From: Chiloscyllium plagiosum
Lineage: Eukaryota
Assembly (NCBI RefSeq): GCF_004010195.1
Contig: NC_057759.1
Coordinates: 5,145,047 to 5,209,046, forward strand
Direction of reading: 5' to 3'
Length of the DNA: 64,000 nt
The position numbers were made by a program, and so were the translations under genes. This document shows positions 47,701 to 60,345 of this stretch, piece after piece (position 1 is the first letter of the stretch; every line of letters begins with the position of its first letter). The notes beneath the pieces were generated by a model that ran no database searches, had not been told where the DNA came from, and saw only the letters and a list, made by a program, of their open reading frames with translations.

Positions 47701-48918
47701 GGGCATGAAATGTATGATAGCCCTGTATTAGGATGAGACTGCATGGAATGATAGGAACTGTACCTCCCTACCTCTGATGTTCCCTCCCTTGGAGAAGAAA
47801 GACTTAAAAGCCCCACCCTATGTTCTCAGCTGCAGTCAGAAATCACACATCGTGTGTGTGTCGGCAAGGTACAAATCGGTCTAGAAATTTAGGGGAGCTG
47901 AAATTATGTACAGAGATTAAGAATGTCACTGACACAGACAAGGGAGGGAACTACTCAGCACTGAAGGTTCCCCGAGCGGATCTGTGGTGGTACTGTGGAG
48001 GCAAAATATAGAGACCCACCCTCCCTCCGGATTGGAGAGGGATATGTGCAATTGTACAATTGACAATTCCATTTACCCTGGCATTTGAGAAGGAAAAGAT
48101 ATAGTAGAGAAAAAGGGAAGAAGTAAAACATCATTATTAGACACCTCTTTTGATGACAGGATTTATCTAGACTCTATAGGAGTTCCAAGAGTGGTACCGA
48201 ATGAGTTCAAGGCTCGTAACCAGATTGCAGCAGGCTTTGAGCCAGCTCTCTTCTGTGGGTAATGATTAATAAAAATGTAGATTGGATAAATTACATTTTC
48301 TATAATCAACAGCGATTTATAAATTATACAAGAGATGCGGTTAAAGGAATATCAGAACAGCTTGATGTGACAAGTAGGATGGCATGAGAAAACAGAATGG
48401 ACCTTGATTTGATTTTAGCGGATAATGGGGGTGTGTGTGTGATGTTAGGAGGAAGCTGGTGTACCTTTATTCCTAATAACACTGTACCTGATGGTTCAAT
48501 CACTCGGGCCTTAAGGGGATTGACTACCTTAGCAGAGGAACTGGCTGAGAATTCAGAACTAGACACATCTCTCATGGGATGGCTTGAATCATGGTTTGGA
48601 AAATGGAAGGGATGGTGGTCTCCATCCTTACTTCCCTGATAGTCATAGCCGGGGTATTGGTTGCCATTGGCTGCTTTGAGTGAGTCCCTGTATACGAGGA
48701 CTCACTCAAAGACTGATTGAGATGGCCTTAATGAAATAAGTGCCCCTAAAGAGCAATGGGAGAGAAGGGCTCTACCTGTTAAACAATGAAGGAATAAGTG
48801 ACCTGGGGGAGATTTCCAAAATAAATGAAATTTCAGGAAAGATGCTCGTCAATTTGGAAGCGACATATAAGAAAAATGCAGAAGATAACAAATGATAATT
48901 AAAGAAAAAGGGGGAAAT

Positions 48919-49659
48919 TGTGGGATATAAGTAAAGCAGTCATCTTCTGCAATCATAATTACTTATGCAAGGTAAATGAACTCAGTGTATAATTGTTTCA
49001 GCCAAGAGCTGAGTTAACAAGAATGAAAACTATATGAAGGAAATATATAATTGTTTTTGTATTAGCTAAAATGTGCATACAAGAATGAAATGTGCCTGCA
49101 AACAATGGTAGATGTCACAGACAAATAGATAAGGTGCTGTGAGGGGAGGGAGTTTAAGCTAGATATGCCTGTCCAAACAATAGTTATAAGCATCTGTTTC
49201 CCACTTCTGCAAAAACAAGAACAAAACACAATCAAGAGGTGATAAGGCCCAGTATAGGCAAAGAATAAAAGGAAATGTTGCTTTGGAAAGCAAGGGAAAC
49301 AGATGGTAGTGAAGAAGGATATATATAAATAAGACCACAGAGGGAGGGTGTCAAATGGCCTTGTGAGGCCAGAGATAAATGTTTTGCCATGGACAAGGCC
49401 GGATGAGTTCAGAGATAAACAAGAGGAGCGGGCGTCAGGCTTAGAGCAGTTGTAAATGTAAACAGGGGAGAACAATGGGAGGAGGGAAGAGAAACGAATT
49501 ACATAAATATTGTGTTACTCGTTAAACCTGGTGTGTGTGTGACTACCTTTTAAATAGTAGACACTATACCCCTCTTGCAAGAGCATAATAAATGATACTA
49601 CTGCTTCAGATCTTGTCTCGGACTGAAATTATTGAAGTGAGTGAGCTTCGTTTCTCACA
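48919..49659 (+). repeat. ERV 3' LTR
   Basis: PPT aaagaaaaagggggaaat, then TGTGGG...TTTCTCACA; same family as 32140-32871. Confidence 0.88.
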
Positions 49660-51079
49660 CCTATAGCCAGAGTGTAAATGTGTGCTTTGTCCATTTCAGT
49701 GTTCCGTATAGGATTGACAATGATCATCGGAGCAACTTCAAGGCAAGATCCTATTGGAGCTTTGCAAGGTCTTTGGCATTGCCAGGATGGTAATGGGACA
49801 GCATTAATGTTCCCTCTAAGCTGCAGAGTTGCACAGACACTCTGAGATTCCACAAACACCGATTGTCATGCTGAAACATTGACTTACGTATTTGAAAGTT
49901 GCTGCTGTACACGGAAGCCAGAGTGCCGCACATCAGAAACATAATTCAAAGGAGCATTGATGGTTAGTGCCAACAATTGTCCAGTACATGACATCACCAT
50001 CTACACATGTTGCCTCCTGAGAGTAAACAGGCATGTCTTGAGTGTGTTCTGGAGCTGGTTTATCTTAATAAACAGTTCACTCATCCCAGTGGCTGATCAC
50101 CACTTCTTTGGACAAGCCCCTGTCCTCCCTGTGGATCACCTCAGACTCCATATCCATTCAGATCTGGATGGCCTGGTCAATGAGTGGACAGCCAACTGTC
50201 AGACAAAGCTAAGTCAGGTGTTCACGATGTTGTCCAAGAGATGAAGAGAGAAATGCTGAGAAGGAAAACCTTGAAGCAACAAGAGTCGCCATTGATCCAA
50301 CTCCTAGTGTCCTGACTGACCTTATCCCTGATCTAGGTGAACCAGTAGAGAGCCTGGCAAATTGAAGGTACCAATACAGATAGGAGACTGTGAGGACCTC
50401 TGTGAGTAAGTGCTGGATAGCATGTAATGGATCCTTTAGCTATAGGTGATGAAAGTGAGAGAGGGCACCAAGCAGGGAATTGCAATAGCTGTGCTGTGAC
50501 CTTCACCAGCAAGTGGCAATGGGGAGGAAGACCAACTGAAACAGCTGCACTCAGCCTTCCTAGAAAGAAGAGTTTCTCTGTGGGAAGGAGGCCTCATGGC
50601 ATGAAAAAGGAGACAGACAAAGTAATCCTCACCCCAATCTAGGGTTCACCAGCTTCATTCCATTGTAAAACACTGAAACATTGAAAATGGGGACATGGAG
50701 AGGCCATTCAGCTCTTCGAGCCTGTACCACCATTCATTATGATCATGACTGACCATCTAACACAACACCCTGTTCCCGCGTTCACCCCATATCCTTTGAT
50801 CTCTTTAGTATGAAGAATTATATCTAACTCCTTCTTGAAAATATTCAAGACTGTATGCTGGAGAATAAGTACTTCTTTATTTAAGATTACTTCCCTTCAC
50901 GTTTATAATGACTGGTAAACTTTGACTGTCAGGCAGGAGAGATCACATCTGGAGTGAGACACAGCTAAAGTGAATATATAGTTTGGGGATGTTAGAGCAG
51001 CGTAGGAATTTAGGGCAGAGGGGAAGAGCTGCTTCTTGCTTGCTGTTCCGGCTTATAGATTATAAGGTTTTTTTAAGGA

Positions 51080-51365
51080 TGGACAGATCAATGAGGCTCC
51101 TCCTGTGGAATTCGGAACGGTGCAGGTAAATACTGCTGAGCTATCTGGCTTCACATTGAATGTCAGTGAATTAGACTCCATTTCATCTTTGATCATTTTG
51201 CATTGTTTACGCTGCTGCTTACTTTTCTTAAGTTTGTCTTTTTCACAATCCCCATTTTTATCCATTGTTCTGTGACACATCATTTTCTGAAATTCTGAAC
51301 TGAGGTCACTGATCCTGCGCAAGGTTCCAATGTCCGTGTTGTAGGAGAATCACTCAATGTTTTAT
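51080..51365 (-). pseudogene. Probable decayed Ig-domain exon of a neighbouring paralogue
   Basis: DSPTTRTLEPCAGSVTSVQNFRK*CVTEQW, then a shifted frame KNG...SNSLTFNVKPDSSAVFTCTVPNSTG, matching Ig B, C, E and F strand patterns. Confidence 0.5.
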
Positions 51366-52309
51366 AAAAAATTACCAGGAGACACAGAAAATCCTTCACA
51401 AAATTAAACTTTAAACTTGCAAAATCAAAGCTGTTGCAGCCAGAAAAAAGTCTTCCCTGACCACCCACAATTTCTTTGTCCTCCTCCAGCTTATACAATT
51501 TGTTGGTCTCGCGCTAGCACTAGCATAGCCAATCATGAAGGCTTGCTTTATCTTTCTGAACTAATCATTGTCTGCCACACTGGTTCCCTCCATCACGCTT
51601 TACCTATCACGTTACAATACCAACATCTTTAGCATTAGCTCATCTCCCAGTGATTTAACTAACCCATCACAGTGCACTATCATTATCTGTTACTGGAACC
51701 CTGTAACGTGATCCCGGGCATACAGTGCAACACCACGTTTAACTACATGACCTCCATAATAACTTCTACATCCACAGCACCAGAGGATGGGTTACAGTAG
51801 AGAGGATGGGTTACAGTACAGAGGATGGGTTACAACCCTGATTGTAGGGTTTGGAGATAGACGGATCCTGTGAGAAAATGCCAGAAACAGAAAGGGTGAT
51901 TTAAAACATCCTTTTAGGAAATATGACTAAACGCTCAATGTGAATCACAGCTCTGCTGAATGACTGATTCTAATCCAAGTAAACCCTGTCCACACAGTCT
52001 GGATACAGACACATCCTCATTCCCAGTATTACTCTGACAACTCTCATGCCTTCTACAATAGAAGATGATTGTGGTATGAGTTGCCCTCAATGGGGTATTT
52101 GTATCTTTTGTGGCAATACCTTTGAGAACCCCCACAACATAAGAACTAGTTTCAATAGAAGTTACGACAGCTGCTGATATCAGCACAGGTGAGCACAGGC
52201 AGTGCTGTACCTGGGCTAGCACTGAGCATGTAGCTAGAAACTGTAACACTCTTCCCTCAGCATGTCACACTGCAGGAAGTTGGAGACTGAAACCTTTATA
52301 CCATCAGAG

Positions 52310-53835
52310 TTGACAAGGTACTGAGACCATATGAGATGCGTCCAAATATTCTGAAGGAAGTGGGAATGGAAATTGCAGGGGCACTGGTCATAATCTCTGT
52401 GTCTTCCCTGGACTCACGGCAGGTGTCAGAAAACTTGAAAATCGCAAACATTCTAGTCTAGTTCTAGAAAGTTTACAAAGATAACTCAGCAATTACAGGC
52501 CAGTCAATCTAACTTGAGTGGTAAGGAAGTTTCTGGAGACAATTTTTCAAATTAAAGATCGAATCAATGGTTACATGGAAAAAGGGGGCTTATTAAAAAA
52601 GGCAGTATGGATTTCTAAAAGGGAAACCATGTTTAACTAAAGTTGCTAGATTGTTCAGAAGAGGTTCAGAAAGGCTCAATGAGTGGAAAACTGTTGATGC
52701 AGTGTTCATAGACTGTGGTGTGCATAGACTTTCAGAGGACATTTGAAACTGTGCCAGAAAACAGACTTGTGAGGAACGTATAGGTCATGCAGTGATGGAT
52801 CAGTCTCAAGACAAACCTGAAACTGGCTGAGTAATAGGAAACTGTCTGAAATAATCAATGGATATTTTTCGGGCTGGGGGAACATTTTTCCTGGAACTGC
52901 CCAGGGGTCAGTTTTGGGACACTTACTTTTCCTGGTAAATATATTAATGAACTTGATCTTGAAGTGCAGGGGGCAATTTGCAAATGACACAAACTTGGAC
53001 GAATTATAAACAGTGAGAAGGAGAATGTAGAACTTGAGGGAAACATGGACAGGTTCGTGGAGTGGCCAGATGGGTGGCAGATGAAGTTCAATACTGAATA
53101 GTGTGAGGTGATGTATTTTGGTAGGAAGAACTTAAATGACAATATAAAACAGGGGTTACGATTCCAAAGGGGATGAAGGAGCAGAGAGACCTGGGTGTGC
53201 ATGTGCACAGATCATTGAAAGTGACTGAACAAGTTGAGAGAGCAGCATTTTTATGAGAGGGATAGAGCACAAGAGTAAGGAAGTAATGCTGAATTTGTAC
53301 AAGACATTTGTTGGAGTTCTGCATACAGTTGTGGCACCATGTTATAGGAAGGATGTTATTACATTTAAGAGAGTGCAGAAGTGGTTTATTAGAATCGTTC
53401 CAGGGATAAGGAACTTCAGTGATAAGGAAAGATTGATGAAGTGGGGAGCATTCTCTTCAGACAGAAGATGATTGAGTGGAGACCCGGTAGAGGTTTAAAA
53501 CCCATGAGTCAGCTGGATAGAGTAGATAGCTGTTCCTGCTTGTAAAAGGACCAAGAAGAAGAGGACATAGATTTGAAGTGATTTGCAAAGGAAACAAGAA
53601 TGGTGTGAGAAAGAGCATTTACACGCAGCAAGTAGCGAGGCTATGGGATACACTGCCTGGAAATGTGGTAGTGGCAGGTTCCATTGGGGTATTCAAGAGG
53701 CCATTGGATAATAATTATTCAGATAAAAGTAATGTACAGGAGTAAGGGTAAAAATGGGAGATTAACACCAAGTAATGATGCTTGTTTACTGAGTGAGTCC
53801 AGTAAAGGGCCTTCTGTGTCAGAACACTTCTGTGA
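52310..53835 (+). mobile_element. Degenerate CR1 LINE 3' portion
   Basis: RGIEHKSKEVMLNLYKT...YRKDV...RVQKWFIRIVPG. Confidence 0.8.
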
Positions 53836-55884
53836 TTGTGACCAGGTCACGTGCCATGATGCAGTGATGACATCATCAGCATGTCTCTTAAAGCTGCATT
53901 ACCTACTGGCTCAGTGACACAACACAACAAAGTGAGGCTGTTTAAAGTCAGTAAACACAAGGCCGGTCATTAACTGCTTCACCAGTTACTTGCTCTCATT
54001 AATAAAGTTAGGTGTGGGTCTGATCTGTGATGATTGGACAACAATCATTCTCCATCAGATCCTGAAGCAGTCCTGCTCAGCAGTCAGCGTGGGATGCTCA
54101 GTGACAACTAACATTTGGACTACAAATAATGCCAGGCATTGACCATCTCCAAGGACAGAATGTCTCATTGAATCACCTCTCTGTTCAAAACTGTTCCCGT
54201 CATCAAATCCTCCAATGACATTCTGCACGGTCCCATAAATCAGAAATGTAACAGGATTTTTCGTGTACATACTGTGATGACTCGACAAGCTCTGAGGCTG
54301 GGAATCCAGCAGTGAGCAACTCATCTTGTGAGCCCCCCTGAACCTGGCCCCCATTTACAAGGCACACACTAGGAGTTGTAGCTGAAGAATGTAGGGGAGC
54401 ATTTCTGAAGAAACATGTATTCATCGCTTACTCATCAGGACATTTCACAAAAATACCAATAAGAGAGGAAATCAATATTCATACCGCACAGCAGGAGAGT
54501 GCTGATTGATTGTTGTCAAGGAGAATGCAGCAGTTAATGATAATTGACAGTTAATTGCCAGGCTTGTTCAAATTTCAAACCATGGAGATTGATTCTAATT
54601 GGTCAGGGCATTGTCTTGAGAAATGAACCAGTGAATGGTTATCATTTATTTTGTTGAGTTGAAACAGGTGCAGTGGGTGGACACATCCTTTTTTCTGCAA
54701 GATAATGGCTCTATGTATTGCTATCTGGAGCCTCCGGGACAAACATTTGAGCCAAACTGTGAGTCCAACTCAAGCCTCTCACAATCCATTTGTTAACCAA
54801 TCAGCACTCTCCTCTTATACACTGTAAATGTCACTTTGGCTCTTTGTTGGTATTCTTGTGAATTGTCCTGAAGAATATCAGACAAAAAGTTATGAGGAAC
54901 TGTATCTTATTTCAGCAATAAACATGCATACTGTCAGAATGTCAGAGTCAAGGAATTTATGAAGCCTGATATAAAGTGGAAGTAATGTATATTTGGATTC
55001 AAAAGGGTTCAATCAAACAAAAATACAGAACATTAACCATCAGTCCATGGCATGTCCCCAGAACAAACTGACTAGCTCCCACTTCCCATGTTCCAATATC
55101 ATTTGCAATCTCAAATGTTTATTCAATTCTTATTGAAAGATACAATGGCTTCCACCTCATCCACTGATGGTGTCTTCCAAGCCTTACTTTGTTGCTTCTA
55201 ATCTCTCTTCAGTCTTTTATAGGAAGTGTTAAAGTGTTAGCCCGTTATTAAACTATGTTAAAATAGCACAATGATGATTATGATTCCAAAAGAAACTGAT
55301 ATTTTCAGAGAAGTAATAGTTGACAAATAATGGAAAGTATTAATCCTTGTTTGTAGCACCTGGGAACATGAGTAAAAGGTACACACACAAAGCACTGAGT
55401 ATCAGTTCTGATTCCTAGTTAACCTTTCTTCTGTAGAATCTGAGTTGCTGCTTTACCATAATCTTCTCCTCTAAAACCAAAGAAAATGTTAGTGCTGTTT
55501 TTAGAGACAACAAAGACAAAGACAGCTTCCTGTTTGACTCACAAAGCGTTGCATCATCTTGCACCACCCATTCTTTGAAAGGCTTAGCATGGAACACAGT
55601 TTAAATATTGGATTAGAAGATCATAAAGGCGAGAATTCAGCGTCTCCTACATCATGCCATCTAAGTGTTCCTATAATGAAGCCAATGTCTCCTTTCCCAC
55701 AGTTTTCCCAGCAGCAACAAATTTCTTTTCACCAGATATAGCTCAAACCCATTTTCTTGAATTGCAATCTATTTTAAATGGAGTCAGAATTTACTGTCGG
55801 AATAGTGGTTGATAGAGTATTTTAATCACACTTTAGTTTGTAAGCACTTTGAAATTCCAATATTCGTTGCTCTCCTCTAGTTAT

Positions 55885-57348
55885 GCAAAACCGAACCGGA
55901 ATCGTACCGGAGGATTGGAAAAAGGCGAATGTTGTCTCTCTTTCCAAGAAAGGTAATAGGGAAATCCCTGGCAATTACAGACCAGTCAAACTTACGTCTT
56001 ACGTGCTCAGCAAGATTTTGGAAAGCATTCTGAGGGATAGGATTTATGACTATTTGGAAAAGCAAAGCGTGATTAAAGGCAGTCAGCATGGCTTTGTGAG
56101 GGACAGGCCTCACAAATCTTATTGAGTTCTTTGAGAAGGTGACAAGACAGGTCAACGAAGGTTGAGCAGTGGATGTGTGTATATGGACTTTAGCAAGGCA
56201 TTTGATAAGGTTCCCCAAGGTAGGCTCATTCATAAAGTCAGGAGGTATGAGATATAGGGAGATTTGGCTTTCTGGATTCTGAATTGGTTGGCTGACAGAA
56301 GGCAGAGAGTGGTTCTAGGTGGAAGGTATTCTGCCTGGAGGTCAGTGTTGAGTGGTGTCCCACAGGGCTCTGTACTTGGGCCTCTGCTCTTTGTAGTTTC
56401 TGTAAATGACTTGGATGAGGAGGTTGAGGGGTGGATTAGTAAATTTGCAGATGAAACAAAGGTTGGAGGTGTTGTTGATGGTACAGAGGGCTATTGCAGG
56501 CTGCAGCGCAACATAGACAGGATGCAGATCTGGGCTGAGAAATGGCAGATGGAGTTCAACCTGGATAAATGCAAAGTGATGCATTTGGAAGGCCAAACTC
56601 GAATGCTGAATATAGGATTAAAGACAGAATTCTTGGCAGTGTGGAGGGATAGAGGGATCTTGGTGTTCAAGTACATAGATCCCTCAAAGTTGCTACCCAT
56701 GTGGATAGGTTTGTTAAGAAAACATATGGTGTTTTGGCTTTCATTAACAGGGGGATCGAGTTTAAGAGCCATGAGGTTTTGCTACAGCTCTACAAGTCCC
56801 TGGTGAGACCACACTTGGAATATTGTGTCCAGTTCTGGTCGCCTGACTATAGGAAAGATACAGAGGCTTTGGAGAAGGTGCAAAGAAGGTTTACCAGGAT
56901 GCTGCCTGGACTGGAGGGCTTTCCTTATGAAGAGAAGTTGACTAAGCTTGGACTTTTCTCTCTGGAGCGAAGGAGGAAGAGAGGAGACCTGATCGAGGTT
57001 TACAAGGTAATGAGAGGTATGGATAGAGTGAATAGCCAAAGACTTTTCCCCAGGGCAGGATTGACTGGCATGAAGGGTCATAGTTTTAAGATATTAGGAG
57101 AAAGGGATAGAGGGAACGTCAAAGGAAGGTTCTTTACGCAGAGAGTTGTGAATGCATGGAATGCGTTGCCAGCAGTGGAGGTGGAAGCAGAGTCATTAGG
57201 GACATTTAAGTGACTGCTGGACATGGACTTGGATAACAGTGAGTTGAGAGGTATGTAGGTTAAGTTATTTTATTTTACATTAGGATTAATCTTCGGCACA
57301 ACATCGTGGGCCAAAGGGTCTGTTCTGTGCTGTACTTTTCTATGTTCT
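55885..57348 (+). mobile_element. Relatively young 5'-truncated CR1 LINE (RT and C-terminus)
   Basis: VPEDWKKANVV..KKGNRE.PGNYRPV...QHGF; SGVPQGSVLGPLLF; SKFADETK; LYKSLVRPHLEYCVQFWSP; tail tttctatgttcta; several frameshifts. Confidence 0.92.
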
Positions 57349-57926
57349 AAAAGGTGATAGAGAGCTCACTTCCTGAGCTGCAGCAGTCCATATAGTGTCG
57401 GGATACCCACATTGCTGTTAAGGATGAAATTCCAGGATTAAGACACAGCAACAGTGAAGGAACAGTGATATATTTCTAAATCATGATGGTGTATGACTTG
57501 GAGGGGAAATTGTAGATGATGGTATTCACAAGCATTCACTGTCCCAGTCCCTCTCAGCAAAAGGGTCGTAGGTTTGGGAAATGTTGCTGAAGCTACTTTG
57601 GAAATTTGCTGTAGTGTATCTCCCTAGGTGGTACACATTGTTACTGCTCAGTATCAGTGTTGGAAATAGTGGATACTAAATTAATGCATGAGCCCTTTAC
57701 ATGTCATTGGAGGTGCTCCCTTCCAGGAAAGTGGGAGTATTCCATCACATTGCTTTGTGCCTTGTAAATGTTGGAAAGAATTTAGGAGTCAGGCACTGAA
57801 TCGGTCACTGCAGAATTTCCAGCTACTAATCTGTTGTTGTAACCATGTCATTCGCAAACCTGGTCAAGCTACGTTTCTAGTTAATGTAGAGACATTTCCT
57901 CAAAAACTCCCTCCACTAATACAGAG

Positions 57927-58201
57927 GGCAGCACGGTGGCACAGTGGATAGCACTGCTGCCTCACAGCGCCAGAGACCCGGGTTCAATTCCCGCCTCAGG
58001 CAACTGTCTCTGTGGAGTTTGCACGTTCTCCCTGTGTCTGTGTGGGTTTCCTCCAGTTTCCTCCTACAGTCCAAAAATGTGCAGGTGAATTGGCCATGCT
58101 AAATTGCCCATAGTGTTAGGTGAAGGGGTAAATGTAGGGGGATGGGTCTGGGTGGGTTGCTCTTCGGAGGGTCGATGTGGACACTGTAGGGAATCTAATC
58201 T
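57927..58201 (+). mobile_element. HE1-type SINE
   Basis: A-box, B-box, core and tctaatct tail. Confidence 0.88.
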
Positions 58202-58304
58202 AGAATGTTGACGGTGGAGCTCCCAGGGATGGAAATGCCGTTAAATGTCAAGGACAGCTGGTTAGTCTCTCTTCCTCTTATTGGAACTGACATATATGTT
58301 ATGT

Positions 58305-59470
58305 GGCAAAAGTGAGGACTGCGGATGCTGGAGATTAGTGTTATGATTAGAGTGGTGCTGGAAAAGCACAGCAGGTCAGGCAGCATCCGAGGAACAGGAA
58401 AATTGACGTTTCAGGCACTTTACTAACACCTTCCACCCCAGCCTCAAATTTACCTGGACCATCTCAGACTCCTCCCTCCCCTTCCTAGACCTCTCCATTT
58501 CTATCTCGGACGACGACTCAACACGGACGTTTACTATAAACCGACCGACTCCCACAGCTCCCTAGATTACACCTCCTCCCACCCTGCAAAAACGCCATCC
58601 CATATTCCCAATTCCTTCGCCTCCGCTGCATCCGCTCCCAGGAGGACCAATTCCAATACCGATGGCCTCCTTTTTCAAAGACCGCAATTTCCCCTCAGAC
58701 GTGGTTGACGATGCTCTCCACTGCATCTCCTCCACTTCCCGCTCCTCCGCCCTTGAACCCCGCCCCTCCAATCGCCACCAGGACAAAACCCACTGGTCCT
58801 CACCTACCACCCCACCAACTACCAGATACATCGTATCATCCTTCGTTATTTCCGCCACCTCCAAACAGACCCCACCACCAAGGATATATTTCCCTCCCCA
58901 CCCCTATCAGCGTTCCGGAAAGATCACTCCCTCCGCGACTCCCTTGTCAGATCCACACACNNNNNNNNNNNNNNNNNNNNNNNNNNNNNNNNNNNNNNNN
59001 NNNNNNNNNNNNNNNNNNNNNNNNNNNNNNNNNNNNNNNNNNNNNNNNNNNNNNNNNNNNNNNNNNNNNNNNNNNNNNNNNNNNNNNNNNNNNNNNNNNN
59101 NNNNNNNNNNNNNNNNNNNNNNNNNNNNNNNNNNNNNNNNNNNNNNNNNNNNNNNNNNNNNNNTTTTCTCAGTCCCAATCCTCGGACTCAGCACCGCCTT
59201 CTTGACCTGCAATCTTCTCCCCGACCTCTCCGCCCTCACCCCCTCTCCAGCCTATCACCCTCACCTTAACCTCCTTCCACCTATCGCATACCCAACGCCC
59301 CTCCCCATCTTTTATCTTAGCCTGCTTGGCACACCCTCCTCATTCCTGAAGAAGGGCTTATGCCCGAAATGTCGATTCTCCTGCTCCTTTGATGCTGCCT
59401 GACCTACTGCGCTTTTCCAGCACCACATTTTCAGCTCTGATCTCCAGCATCTGCAGTCCTCACTTTCTCC
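58305..59470 (+). mobile_element. 5'-truncated Penelope element (RT thumb region, gap, 3' terminal module) preceded by an inverted terminal module
   Basis: FHPSLKFTWTISDSSLPFLDLSISI...TDVYYKPTDSHS.LDYTSSHP...AIPYSQFLRLR; 3' module CTGAAGAAGGGCTTATGCCCGAAA at 59346; inverted module at about 58305-58415. Confidence 0.88.
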
Positions 59471-59474
59471 TTGT

Positions 59475-60345
59475 CTACATACTGTGTCAGGAAACCCTCC
59501 TGCACACATTGGACAAAAACTAACCCATCTTAAGTACTCAAACTACAGTATTCCCAGTCAATTTTTGGAAAGTTAAAGACCCCCATAACTACCCTGTCTT
59601 TCTCGCTCCTCTCCAGGATCATCTTTGCTCTCCTTTCCTCTACATCACTGGAACTATTCAGAGGCCTATAGAATACTCATCAGAGGGTGACCTCTCATTT
59701 CCTGTTTTTAACCTCATCCCATACTACCTCAGTACAAGAGTCCTCAAACGTCCTTTCTGCACTGTAATACTGTCCTTGACTAACAATGCCACACCGCCCC
59801 CTCTTTTACCATCTTCCCTGTTCTTACTGAAACATCTAAATCCTGGAACCTGCAACACTCATTCCTGTCCCTGCTCTATCCATGTCTCTGAACTGGCCAC
59901 AACATCAAAGTCCCAGATACCAACCCATGCTGCAAGTTCACCCACCTTACTCCAGGTGTTCCTGGCATTGAATTAGACACACTTCAAACCACCTTCCTGC
60001 TTGCCAGTGCACTCTTTCTCCCTTGAAACCATATTTCTGACTCACTACTGTCAACCTCCTGGACACTGAAACTACAATTTAGGTTCCCATCCCCCTGCTC
60101 AATTAGTTTTAACCCTCCCGAAGAGCATTAGCAAATTTACCCCCCAGAATATTGGTACCCCTCTGGTTCAGGTGTAGATCATCCTGTTTGTAGAGGTCCC
60201 ACCCACCCCAGAATGAGCCCAAATTATCCAGGTATCTGAATCCCTCCCTCCTGCACCACCCATGTTGCCACTCCTCTCTCTCCCATTCCTCACCTCGCTA
60301 GCACATGGTACGGGCAACAAACCAGAGGTAACAATTCTGTTTGGT
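59475..60345 (-). mobile_element. CR1 fragment (ORF1 end and endonuclease start)
   Basis: Reverse complement of typical CR1 LNARN..SKVGEL...DVVASSETW...GGGVALLVKD...VMGVFNFP sequence. Confidence 0.7.

Larger units (their letters stand above)
43860..49659 (+). mobile_element. Class-I ERV remnant, copy 2: leader, gag MA, NC, UAG, protease start, (RT/RH absent), IN C-terminus, env, PPT, 3' LTR
   Basis: MA: MG...IPPESPLGRML...KKMIKYCCFVW...WPKYGS (from 44197). NC: GCYYCGRTGHFKR (about 45710). Gag stop TAG-GGG-TGT-CAG at 45807. PR: FLVDTG at about 45893. IN: WVLVKSW...DWEGPYQALLTT. Env: SNCYACASGRP, RMDLDLILADNGGVCVMLGGS. LTR at 48919-49659. The 5' boundary is approximate. Confidence 0.88.

Noticed and set aside
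51782..51835. Three copies of agaggatgggttaca
   Set aside because: Simple 19-bp tandem slippage with no further structure.
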